A stretch of 64,000 nucleotides of DNA, taken from assembly GCA_963710605.1 (NCBI GenBank), contig CAVQBA010000007.1:1-64000 (forward strand), written 5' to 3'. Under the pieces are notes generated by a model. It was not told the DNA's origin and did no database searches. It saw nothing but the letters and a program-made list of their open reading frames with translations. How positions within the stretch are numbered: the stretch's first letter is position 1; every line of letters begins with the position of its first letter. The translations under genes and the position numbers were made by a program. The stretch is from an uncultured cyanobacterium (GTDB taxonomy: Bacteria; Cyanobacteriota; Cyanobacteriia; Cyanobacteriales; Cyanobacteriaceae). Below, in pieces: positions 55,301-64,000 of the stretch.

Positions 55301-57431
55301 TCGTACCTATATCGCTACTAAAGCACCGTTAATTGATGAGCAAGGGGAAGTATATGCTATTTGTAGTATTTCTACCGATATCAGCCAGCAAAAGCAAACT
55401 GAAGTAGAATTAAGGCAAAGTAACGATCGTGAGCGAACAATTTTACAAGTAGTCGAAACTATCCGTCAAAGTCTTAATTTAGAAGATATTTTTCAAGCTA
55501 CAACTGATAAATTAAGAGAAACCTTAAAATGCGATCGAATTATTGTTTATCGTTTTAACTCCGATTTGACAAGTAACTGCGTTGCCGAATCACTTATCGA
55601 TGGTTGCGTTAGTCTTTTAGGTAAAACACTGGAAAATTATGGACAAGCTAATCAATTAGAAAAAAATCAAGATAATAATGATTATAGCTATAAAGCTTTC
55701 ACGATCGAAGATATCCACCAAGCACATTTAAATATTGCTCAGCAACAAATGTATCAACAAATGGATGTCAGAGCCTTATGTGTTGTTCCTGTCTTACAAG
55801 GAGAATATTTATGGGGTTTATTAGGTGCATATCAAAACCAAAATCCTCGTGAATGGAAAGCAGGAGAAATCCGTTTACTTACCCAAAGTGGAATACAATT
55901 AGGTATCTCCATCGCTCAAGTAGATTTATTTACTCAAATTCAAAATCAATCCTTACAACTACAACAAGCTAAAGAAGCCGCCGAAGCCGCTAATCAAGCT
56001 AAAAGTTCATTCATAGCCAATACAAGTCATGAATTAAGAACACCTTTAAACGCTATTTTAGGGTTTGCTCAAATACTTAAAAGACAACCATTAAACCAGA
56101 ATAATTGGCAACATGGGATTAATATAATTCAACAATCAGGACAACATTTACTGACTCTGATTAACGATATTTTATATATTGCCAAAATTGAAGCAGGTAA
56201 ACTAGATTTAGAATTACGAGACTTTATGTTTATTCCTTTTCTTAAAAACGTTGTCTCAATTATCACTTTACCATCTGAGCAAAAACAAGTCGAATTTGAA
56301 TATCAAATTATTTCTGATTTACCAACTGTCATCAAAGGTGATGAAACTCGTCTGCGTCAACTTTTATTGAATTTACTCAGTAATGCAGTCAAATTCACCA
56401 TCAAAGGAAAAGTCAAATTTACAGTTGGTTATCTAGATGATTTTGACGATTTTGTGGTTAAAAAACAAAGCCAGAATAAACAAATTCGTTTTCAAATAGA
56501 AGATACAGGCATTGGTATTCCGCAAAATAATCTACAAGATATTTTCACCCCTTTTTATCAGTTAGAATTTAGTCACTCAGGTAAGCAAGGCACGGGGTTA
56601 GGATTAACTATTAGTCAAAATTTAGCAAGGCAAATGGGTAGTGAGATAAAAGTGAAGAGTGTGGTTGATGAAGGTAGTAGTTTTTGGTTTGATGTCGATT
56701 TTGCAACAGGGGATAATGATTTACCTTTATTTGTCTCTAATGAATCTAATTTAGATATTGTTGGTTATAAAGGGCAGAAACGATCGATTTTGGTTGTTGA
56801 TGATATTGAGAGTAACCGACAAATACTGGTCAATTTTTTAGTTTCTTTGGGTTTCGAGATTGTTGAAGTTGATTCTGGTGCAGATGCTATCAAGCAAATT
56901 GAGCTACATAAAATAGATTTGATTTTGTTAGATTTAGTTATGCCAGAAATGAATGGTTGGCAAGTAACTAGACATTTAAGACAAAAATCTCAATTTAGTG
57001 ATTTACCCATTGTTATTGTTTCGGCTAGCACTGCTTCTGAGGATGAATCACACTGTTATCAAGTTGGGGCAAATGAGTTTTTACCTAAACCGTTAAGTTT
57101 TGAAGATTTATTAAGAATTATAGAAAAATATTTACAAATAGAATGGATTGATGATGATGAGCAAATTCGATCGCTTTTGAATCCTGTATTACTACCTTCT
57201 AGGAATAATCTACCTGATTCTTTAGTAATACCTTCTTCAGAAAAATTAACTAATCTACTATTGCTTGTTCAAAGAGGAGATATACGTAGTTTGTTATCAA
57301 CAGTAAATAATTGGAAAACTCAACAACCTGAATTAATTATATTTGCCGAACAAATCATCGAGTTAGCTGAAACTTGTCAACTAAAAAAACTTAAACAATT
57401 AATCAAACAACATATAAGTAGCTTTACCTAA
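52383..57431 (+). CDS. CheB-CheR-PAS-GAF hybrid histidine kinase with receiver domain
   Basis: [19 protein letters not shown] (CheB); [23 protein letters not shown] (CheR); NEELQS coiled coil; [26 protein letters not shown]. Confidence 0.93.
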   Translation: MSEKQPSDDSFIDQQKEIFFVVGIGASAGGLPAIEEFFRHMPIDTNAVFVLIQHLSPDFKSLMKELLQRHTRMNIYRVVDAMELKPNSVYLIPPGKNLVLNNQRLHVLEKKAKNHYGLNFPIDIFFDSLAQNYHDRAIAVILSGTGSDGTKGVRSINKNGGFVMVQTPETAKFDGMPRTAIGTGVVDQVLPPQDLAQVIAQVVKSTPLTSQQNQEQTNIIDDHDLQRIVKILAQDNLTDFSQYKTNILSRRIQRRFLISGCLSIDEFIFKLENYPRQRATLRHDLLISVTQFFRNPQAWNFLKQTVIGQLIAQNEPETDIRCWVTACATGEEAYSLAMLLDEAINKSGKSIKFKIFATDIDKLALEKATQGIYSSMASNNISNQLLERYFIRKDNSLQVIRQLREKILFANHDLTKDASFRRMNFISCRNVLIYLQPQLQQQILKNLHFSLTNQGILFLGEAETLGSIKSEFDTLNLKRKFYQKRKNVVLKTPVQNSVSHLLQPASFSASKQKEERKVEIILNKAFNTFLAKYNAICFLVNREHKLFHTFNNASKVLKLPKGKTTNEITQLVIPSLQLPLTTALHRAYIEKETVSYTGIKSTLLEEDSIKQNTQLKLEVTYNQTSQVSDDFYTIIIQEEELLQHTSAEVFDFDGESSCQIVGLKYELQQTRQNLQTVIQELEVTNEEQQTTNEELIASNEELQSTNEELHSVNEELYTVNAEYQSKIEELTQLNNDVDNLLRSADVGVVFLDKNLKIRKFTPPATLVINLVETDIDRPLEHITNNLDCDNLLELLKQVIDSQKVLEKEVRQVKKDFYLLMRINPYLLEDGSLDGIVITFTDIDELKRIQQQIYHVNQDLQKSQTQLRHLNQDLEYRVQERTDALQKSETRLRAILRTTSSMISLKDINGNYLLVNQQYSKLLGIKLEEILGKGTNDLFPQNIADILINNDRQVLQSKQVLQFEEQIILPDGNIRTYIATKAPLIDEQGEVYAICSISTDISQQKQTEVELRQSNDRERTILQVVETIRQSLNLEDIFQATTDKLRETLKCDRIIVYRFNSDLTSNCVAESLIDGCVSLLGKTLENYGQANQLEKNQDNNDYSYKAFTIEDIHQAHLNIAQQQMYQQMDVRALCVVPVLQGEYLWGLLGAYQNQNPREWKAGEIRLLTQSGIQLGISIAQVDLFTQIQNQSLQLQQAKEAAEAANQAKSSFIANTSHELRTPLNAILGFAQILKRQPLNQNNWQHGINIIQQSGQHLLTLINDILYIAKIEAGKLDLELRDFMFIPFLKNVVSIITLPSEQKQVEFEYQIISDLPTVIKGDETRLRQLLLNLLSNAVKFTIKGKVKFTVGYLDDFDDFVVKKQSQNKQIRFQIEDTGIGIPQNNLQDIFTPFYQLEFSHSGKQGTGLGLTISQNLARQMGSEIKVKSVVDEGSSFWFDVDFATGDNDLPLFVSNESNLDIVGYKGQKRSILVVDDIESNRQILVNFLVSLGFEIVEVDSGADAIKQIELHKIDLILLDLVMPEMNGWQVTRHLRQKSQFSDLPIVIVSASTASEDESHCYQVGANEFLPKPLSFEDLLRIIEKYLQIEWIDDDEQIRSLLNPVLLPSRNNLPDSLVIPSSEKLTNLLLLVQRGDIRSLLSTVNNWKTQQPELIIFAEQIIELAETCQLKKLKQLIKQHISSFT

Positions 57432-57746
57432 ATAAAAGAAAGTTTGTAGTTTGTAGTTACGCCTAAATGGGGTTTAAAAAACTATTAAGATAAGGGCTTA
57501 AGCGATGGCGGCTACGAAGTTAAGCTTTTTAAGGAAAACAAGTCAATCTAAATGTCCACTCCTAACTTGTTTAAGTAGGTGATAAATTCAAAAAAACTAA
57601 ATAGACAACATTAAGTTACAATACTAAGCACTATTAAATAATCAACTGAAAATATTTGTAGTAATCATGGTTTGATCAAAATCAAGAGGTAATTTTACTC
57701 CTGTTTGATTCATCAAAAACTCTGATTTAGATTTAGATTTAGTTTA

Positions 57747-59531
57747 TTGATGTTAATTAAGCTGATGGTAAATAAACCGATAAATAATTCTCTAAATAAT
57801 AATGATGAAGATGACCAAAATCATCATCCGAGTCAATTGTCAGCATCAGATCAAAGTATAGCAACTCAATTTGATTCGCAACTACCTGAAGATATTGAGC
57901 AACATCCAGGGCAAGCGACAATTTTGATTGTTGATGATACGCCAAATAATTTACATATTTTATTCTCTTATTTAGAAACAGAAGGTTTTAAGGTTTTATT
58001 AACAGAAGATGGCGAAAGTGCATTACAAATAGCCCTTGAGCAAATACCTGATTTGATTTTGTTAGATATTTTGATGCCTGAGATGGATGGTTTTGAAACC
58101 TGTATTCGTCTTAAGTCTCAATCTTCTACTGAGGATATCCCGATTATTTTTCTTACCGCTCTTTCTGATACTACTAATAAAGTGCGTGGATTTGAATTAG
58201 GAGGTGTTGATTATATCACTAAACCCCTTGAACAAAAAGAGGTTTTAGCTCGAATTCAAACTCATCTTAAATTACAAAAAATGCGTTGGCTTTTAGCAAG
58301 GCAAAATAAAGAATTACAACAAAGATTAGAGTTTGAAAAGTTAAGTCATAAAATTATTGATAAAATTCGTGATTCTTTTGCCGAAAATCTTTTACTTCAA
58401 ACCGCTACTGAAGAATTAAGACAACTTTTTGATTTGAATAGTTGTTTGATTGAACTTTATGATTTAGATAATAACATCGCCACGATTGTTTATGAATCGA
58501 AAATTACTTTATCTTCTTCTCAAGGAGAAACCAAAAATATAGCCAAAGAAATTGATTCTGGTGCATTATTATCAACTCAATCTTCAATTAAATTAGTCAC
58601 CAAAATATCTCAATCAAATCAAGTTCAAATAGATGAGTATTGCTTGAGTTGCCCTATTTTTGACCAAAACGGTATAATTGGTAATATCTTACTTTTTCGA
58701 CCCGTTACAGAAGTATTTAAACCCCTAGAAATACAATTTGTTAAACAAATAACAGCTCAATGTGCGATTGCTATTCGTCAGGCAAGACTTTATCAAATAG
58801 CTAATCATCAAGTTGAAGAATTAGCTAAACTAAATCAACTTAAAAATGATTTTCTTAAAACTATTTCTCATGAACTTAAAACACCAATTGCCAATGTTAA
58901 ACTAGCAACCCAAACGATGGAGAAACTGTTTGCCACCCAAGAAAATAGACAACATTCTGTTGTGTTTAATCGGATATTAGAAATTTTCCAAAAATCATGT
59001 GTACGCCAGAATGAGTTGATTGATGACTTACTCACTGTCTGCTATATTAACGCTCAAGAAAAAACAGTCAATGAGCAATTAATTAATTTACATTTTTGGG
59101 TAAAAGAAACAGTTAAACCATATTGGCAATTAGCAGGGCAACATCAGCAAAAACTGATTCTCAATTTACCAGAAGAAGAACTATACATTCGTACTGACCC
59201 TTTGATTTTGAAACGTATTTTGGGTGAGTTATTACAAAATGCTTTTAAATATACACCTAAAAACCAGATGATTACGATCGAGATTTCAGTTGATGATTTG
59301 TATTTTTATTTATCTGTTTCTAACACGGGTGTTGAAATTGCTTTACAAGAACAAAAATTAATTTTCGATCAATTTTACCGTATTCCTAATAACGATCCTT
59401 GGCAATACGGAGGTACTGGTTTAGGGCTTAATTTAGCGATTAAGTTAGCTGAAATAATCAACGCATCTTTAGAAGTTGAAAGTAATAGTCAAAAAACAAT
59501 GTTTTGTCTTCGATTTAAAAAAACAAAGTAG
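57747..59531 (+). CDS. Receiver-GAF-histidine kinase hybrid
   Basis: ILIVDD...LLDILMP...KP; SHELKTP; NAFKYT; GTGLGL. Start uncertain. Confidence 0.9.
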   Translation: MMLIKLMVNKPINNSLNNNDEDDQNHHPSQLSASDQSIATQFDSQLPEDIEQHPGQATILIVDDTPNNLHILFSYLETEGFKVLLTEDGESALQIALEQIPDLILLDILMPEMDGFETCIRLKSQSSTEDIPIIFLTALSDTTNKVRGFELGGVDYITKPLEQKEVLARIQTHLKLQKMRWLLARQNKELQQRLEFEKLSHKIIDKIRDSFAENLLLQTATEELRQLFDLNSCLIELYDLDNNIATIVYESKITLSSSQGETKNIAKEIDSGALLSTQSSIKLVTKISQSNQVQIDEYCLSCPIFDQNGIIGNILLFRPVTEVFKPLEIQFVKQITAQCAIAIRQARLYQIANHQVEELAKLNQLKNDFLKTISHELKTPIANVKLATQTMEKLFATQENRQHSVVFNRILEIFQKSCVRQNELIDDLLTVCYINAQEKTVNEQLINLHFWVKETVKPYWQLAGQHQQKLILNLPEEELYIRTDPLILKRILGELLQNAFKYTPKNQMITIEISVDDLYFYLSVSNTGVEIALQEQKLIFDQFYRIPNNDPWQYGGTGLGLNLAIKLAEIINASLEVESNSQKTMFCLRFKKTK

Positions 59532-59589
59532 TAATAATTGAGCAATTAAATTTTGATCAACTAATACCAACTCAGGAATTATTTTAAGT

Positions 59590-60261
59590 TTATTCTTTTA
59601 AAACATATCCAACTCCTCTAACTGTTTGGATAATTCTTTTTTCTTTATTAGATTCTAATTTTAATCTTAAGTAACGCACATATACTTCGATAATATTTGA
59701 GTCACCACCAAAATCATAACCCCATACTCTTTCTAAAATTTGATCTCTGGTTAATACTTGACGAGGATGAGAAATCAGATACTCCATTAAATCATATTCA
59801 GTTGCGGTTAATTCGATTAAACGATCGCCTCTTTTTACTTCACGAGTACGACGATTTAAAGATAAATCAATGAAATTTGATTCGTCTGGATCTTCTTCAT
59901 TATTACGACGTAAATGAGCACGAAGTCGAGCTAATAATTCTTCAATACTAAAAGGTTTAACAATATAATCATCAGCACCAGCATCTAAGCCGGCGACTCG
60001 ATTGCTAATTTCGTCTTTAGCAGTTAAAAGTATAATTGGTACTTTACTACCAGAAGTGCGTAAACGACGACAAACTTCTAAACCTGATATTTGAGGTAAC
60101 ATCCAATCAAGTAAAATCAAGTCAGGAGAGCCTTCACGAGCGTCTGTTAAACCACTCATTCCATCATAGGCAACAGCAACATCATAACCTTCATATTGTA
60201 ATTCTAGCTCTAAAAATTTAGCTAATTTTTGTTCATCTTCGACTACTAAAATTTTATTCAT
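59590..60261 (-). CDS. OmpR-family response regulator
   Basis: ILVVEDE, LDWMLP, GADDY..KPF, TVRGVGY. Confidence 0.95.
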   Translation of the reverse strand: MNKILVVEDEQKLAKFLELELQYEGYDVAVAYDGMSGLTDAREGSPDLILLDWMLPQISGLEVCRRLRTSGSKVPIILLTAKDEISNRVAGLDAGADDYIVKPFSIEELLARLRAHLRRNNEEDPDESNFIDLSLNRRTREVKRGDRLIELTATEYDLMEYLISHPRQVLTRDQILERVWGYDFGGDSNIIEVYVRYLRLKLESNKEKRIIQTVRGVGYVLKE

Positions 60262-60451
60262 AACTTTTGTTTGATTAAATCAATATTTCAAATACTAAAA
60301 AATTGAAAACAATGAGAAGGATAATTAAGGTGATAGGTTCAACTAACACTAAGTAGATTATTTACTAACTAATCAAGCAGATTGCTAATCATCAATTAAT
60401 CTTACAATTTTTAGAGATAAATTGAGGAATAAAAGTCATGATTGTTGATAA

Positions 60452-62056
60452 TTACATATTTTTCTGACTCATTACTCTTGAATTGATGCCGTGCCAAGCG
60501 ATTGCATATTTTTGCTGAGGAAAATTAACTTGATTTTTAAATCTAACCCTGATTGTATATTGCTCAGTAGCTGGTATTTTACAGAAAATATGTTCAACAC
60601 TATCAACTCGACTAACAGAGCGACAAATAGTTTTTGATTGATCATTAGTATTAATTAATTCTAAATCAAGATTATTCAAACCTCGATCGATAAATTTTTC
60701 TCCCAAATCAAATTGCTGATTATTATTACTATCATTCAAATCCACTACACGATCCCAAACTAAAGTAATAGCGACAAAACTATCTTCTAGTAAAGGTTTT
60801 TCTAAAACATAATCATGATAATTATTAACCTCAACATCAGTATAATTCCATCCTTGAACAGGAACTAAACTATGCTGACTCCATTGCCCCGAAACTAGCT
60901 GTTGATAAGCTCTCATCCCATTAAGATGTCCCGCCCCCATTTGCCAGTCTAAAGGGATCTGAGAATCGAAATAAGCAAGGCTAGAAAGCCAATTGAGATT
61001 ACGTTGACTCAGCACATTACGAGTCATGCCTAATAAATTACCATCACCAGTATCTTTTAATTTATCAGCCGAATTAAATAGAATCGCTTTCATCACTTCA
61101 TGTTGACGATAATTACTATTCCATTGTGATTTTTTTTGAGCTAAAAGCTGATTACCAGCTTCTTGTAACAAAGCGACGGTTGCGGTGACGTGAGGTGCGG
61201 CAAAACTACTACCTGTAACTGTTTCAATTCGACCTTTGAGATTATAAACTTCTATTTTATGCCCCGGTGCGAGTAAACCCACACTACTACGATTACGAGA
61301 ATTAATCTCATTTTCAATAAAAACTTTACCAATACCAATAGGAGGAAGACTAAGGTTAGCAAAATCAACTTTACGAAAAACACCGTCTTTGAGACGACTA
61401 TAAGCTGTGGTGATACCGTTATAGTTATCCGTTGGGATTGGTATTCCGCCTCTACCTTGATTTCCTGCCACTACATACAATACATTATGGACTCTTGCTG
61501 ACCAATCTAGACATTGAGTTAATAAAGCATTTCCGTCTAAAAGAGGATTTACTCGATCGTCTCTGGCTAAAGATTCACCAAAACTAAGATTGATTGCTCT
61601 AACCGTACCACTATTTTGTAAAGCTATATTTTGACTTGTTAAGCATTCCTCTGGTTGTTTAGCTGTTTTTAATGAACCGATCGCACCTACATATAAATCA
61701 GCTAAAGGGGCAACACCACGCCATTTTTTTTGATTACTAATCATCACTCCTGAAACCATATGAGCATGATTATCAATATGGGTATTAGCCACAGGAAGTT
61801 GGTTACGATAAAACAGTCTTTTAATCGGCAGTTTTTTGTGTAATGGTGGTAATTTATCAACTGCAAATTTTTTTGGTCTGCCTACTTCAATTTGACCAAT
61901 ACTTACTTTACGCCCTTGCAAATTATAAGGCGGTTGTTGCAATCTTAGTACATCAATTCCGTTTTCGCCAACCGAATCATCTAAAGCAGAAGCAGAAGTA
62001 CAGACACCAAGACAACTAACAAAACTGATTATCACCCACCAAAAACTAGATTTCAT
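60452..62056 (-). CDS. Secreted S8 (subtilisin-like) serine peptidase
   Basis: Signal peptide; HAHMV; AGN; GSSFAAPHV. Confidence 0.85.
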   Translation of the reverse strand: MKSSFWWVIISFVSCLGVCTSASALDDSVGENGIDVLRLQQPPYNLQGRKVSIGQIEVGRPKKFAVDKLPPLHKKLPIKRLFYRNQLPVANTHIDNHAHMVSGVMISNQKKWRGVAPLADLYVGAIGSLKTAKQPEECLTSQNIALQNSGTVRAINLSFGESLARDDRVNPLLDGNALLTQCLDWSARVHNVLYVVAGNQGRGGIPIPTDNYNGITTAYSRLKDGVFRKVDFANLSLPPIGIGKVFIENEINSRNRSSVGLLAPGHKIEVYNLKGRIETVTGSSFAAPHVTATVALLQEAGNQLLAQKKSQWNSNYRQHEVMKAILFNSADKLKDTGDGNLLGMTRNVLSQRNLNWLSSLAYFDSQIPLDWQMGAGHLNGMRAYQQLVSGQWSQHSLVPVQGWNYTDVEVNNYHDYVLEKPLLEDSFVAITLVWDRVVDLNDSNNNQQFDLGEKFIDRGLNNLDLELINTNDQSKTICRSVSRVDSVEHIFCKIPATEQYTIRVRFKNQVNFPQQKYAIAWHGINSRVMSQKNM

Positions 62057-62260
62057 GATTCGTTATTTATTATTAATTACTGAAATGTTAAGTTTAATAC
62101 CCACCCTGTAATAAATTACACGGCTAACAGATATCGTTTAATAAATTAAACTCAGATTTACATCTCAAAATAACAATTAATTCTCCTTTGAATGATTGCT
62201 CCCTTGCGGGAATTAATCTCCATTCTCCATTCTCAACTCTCCATTCTCAACTCTCCATTC

Positions 62261-62458
62261 TCAATTACTGATTTCATGTCCTGCATCAATAATTACTTCT
62301 TTAATCTCAGTTTCGCTTTTTTGCGACTCAACATCAACTATTTTGTTAGCTACATCAATATTAACTTGAGCTTGAGAGTCAAGATTGCGAATTGCATTAG
62401 TAATGGTTTTCGCACAGACTTCACAAGCAATACTAGGAACGTTTAAAGTTGTTTTCAT
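62261..62458 (-). CDS. atx1: Copper chaperone (Atx1/CopZ, HMA domain)
   Basis: VPSIACEVC; C-terminal AGH. Confidence 0.88.
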   Translation of the reverse strand: MKTTLNVPSIACEVCAKTITNAIRNLDSQAQVNIDVANKIVDVESQKSETEIKEVIIDAGHEISN

Positions 62459-62651
62459 AATTAATTTAGAGATTAATCGCAACGAATAAAGAATCAGAAA
62501 ATTAAGCTCACAGTATAACAGAAAAACACGATCGATTAATACTTAATCTTGATCAATCATTAATTTTCTTTCCCTTTTTGTGATCGAAGCAAAACTTTAA
62601 CCGTTACAATATATGAAAAATTATCCTTACCAATTTTTATAAATATAGACG

Positions 62652-63425
62652 ATGACAACTAAGCCTAAAGATAAACCTGTAATTGAACAAGAAGAGGAGG
62701 ATTTCGATTATTGGAATCAACTTCCCAATGATAGTCAAATGTCATTTTTTGATCATTTAGAAGAATTACGTACCCGTATATTTGTCAGTTTAATTGCGGT
62801 GTTTATTGGGGCAATTGCTTGTTTTGCTTTTGTTAGACCAATTGTGGCTATTTTAGAAGTACCCGCTCAAGGAGTTAGATTTTTACAACTTGCACCGGGA
62901 GAATTTTTCTTTGTTTCGATTCAAGTCGCAGGATATACAGGTATTTTACTTGCTAGTCCAGTAATTCTATATCAAATTGTTCAATTTATCGTACCGGGTT
63001 TGACTCGTAGTGAAAGAAAAGTACTTGCACCTGTGGTTTTTGGTTCGAGTATTTTGTTTTTTGCTGGTTTAGCTTTTGCTTATTATCTTTTGATTCCTGC
63101 GGCACTGAACTTTTTTATTAGTTATGGTGGTGATGTAGTCGAACAGTCTTGGTCGATCGATAAATATTTTAAATTCGTTTTATTGTTATTATTCTCTACA
63201 GGATTAACTTTCCAGATACCTGTAATTCAATTGTTGTTAGGTACTTTAAATTTGGTTTCTTCTGAGCAAATGATTTCTGGTTGGCGTACAGTTGTTTTAG
63301 GTTCAGTTATTTTAGGTGCGGTAGTAACCCCTTCAACCGATCCTTTAACCCAATCTCTTCTTGGTGGAGCGGTACTTTTTCTCTATTTTGGCGGGATTGC
63401 AATGGTTAAATTAACAGGGAAATAA
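62652..63425 (+). CDS. tatC: Twin-arginine translocase subunit TatC
   Basis: [26 protein letters not shown]. Confidence 0.96.
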   Translation: MTTKPKDKPVIEQEEEDFDYWNQLPNDSQMSFFDHLEELRTRIFVSLIAVFIGAIACFAFVRPIVAILEVPAQGVRFLQLAPGEFFFVSIQVAGYTGILLASPVILYQIVQFIVPGLTRSERKVLAPVVFGSSILFFAGLAFAYYLLIPAALNFFISYGGDVVEQSWSIDKYFKFVLLLLFSTGLTFQIPVIQLLLGTLNLVSSEQMISGWRTVVLGSVILGAVVTPSTDPLTQSLLGGAVLFLYFGGIAMVKLTGK

Positions 63426-63633
63426 TGGTAAAGATTAAGAGTTCGGTTTTAGGTTTTGGCTCAATTCTTACCTTTTGTTAAGCGTAAAAATTCGATATCT
63501 TGGTTAGTATTTTACTGCTTCTGTCCGCAACTATTAATTATTAATTATTAACTTCTGCACTTGCCTGTGGAAGTATCATCGATCGTTATATATAATTTAA
63601 GAAAAAAGAAAGTAATTTCTCAACAGCAGACTC

Positions 63634-64000
63634 ATGGGAATATTTAATTGGTCATCTAGAAAAAACACAACAAATCAACCAACAAATCAATCAAAATCAA
63701 AGAGAAGTATTGACCAGCAATTAGAAGAATGGGAAAAAGAAATAAAAGCTAATCAAACTAATTACAGTAATCAAAAAACATCTGCCACCACCACAAATTC
63801 TTCTTTATCTGGTGTAAAAGTATGGGTAAGCAGACTGACAATTGCTAGCTTATTCGTCGGTATTCCTTTAGGTTTATTATGGATTACTAATTTACCTTAT
63901 CCTGCTATTCGTCGTCCTGTTTATAATAGATTTCCTTTATTGTTATTACCAAGCCAAATTTATATTGATAATAATTACAAACAATCTGTGCGTTTTGTTG
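63634..64000 (+). CDS. Conserved cyanobacterial membrane-anchored hypothetical protein, partial (runs off the window)
   Basis: Open frame from ATG 63634: MGIFNWSSRK...LFVGIPLGLLWITNLPYPAIRRPV...PLLLLPS. Confidence 0.75.
   Translation, partial: MGIFNWSSRKNTTNQPTNQSKSKRSIDQQLEEWEKEIKANQTNYSNQKTSATTTNSSLSGVKVWVSRLTIASLFVGIPLGLLWITNLPYPAIRRPVYNRFPLLLLPSQIYIDNNYKQSVRFV

Overview
AT-rich chromosomal window from a unicellular cyanobacterium. Protein content and the abundant CGATCG (HIP1 core) sites suggest Geminocystis/Cyanobacterium-like; this is an inference. It is mostly housekeeping: tRNA-Val(GAC), rnpB, priA, shc, hpf, a group-2 sigma factor, infC, cobM, znuA-znuC, rplU-rpmA, pyk, thrB, chlD, Mini-III, tatC and atx1. 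It also holds a TonB/ExbBD/FecCDE/TonB-dependent-receptor iron-uptake cluster and a CheB-CheR hybrid kinase cluster. The most unusual item is at 4.85-6.4 kb: a remnant of a giant nuclease/HExxH protein whose frame stays open across a complete, codon-aligned antisense pentapeptide-repeat gene that uses no TTA/CTA/TCA codons, i.e. apparent selected dual-strand coding. Other notable items are a tandem repeat array with one empty and two MITE-filled TA sites, a PIN toxin with a microhomology deletion, two genes missed by the ORF track (an ATT-start STAS protein and an AtpTheta-like microprotein), and several single-base lesions, three at GATC/CGATCG-like sites, that may be sequencing errors. All family assignments come from motif recognition; no database searches were run.
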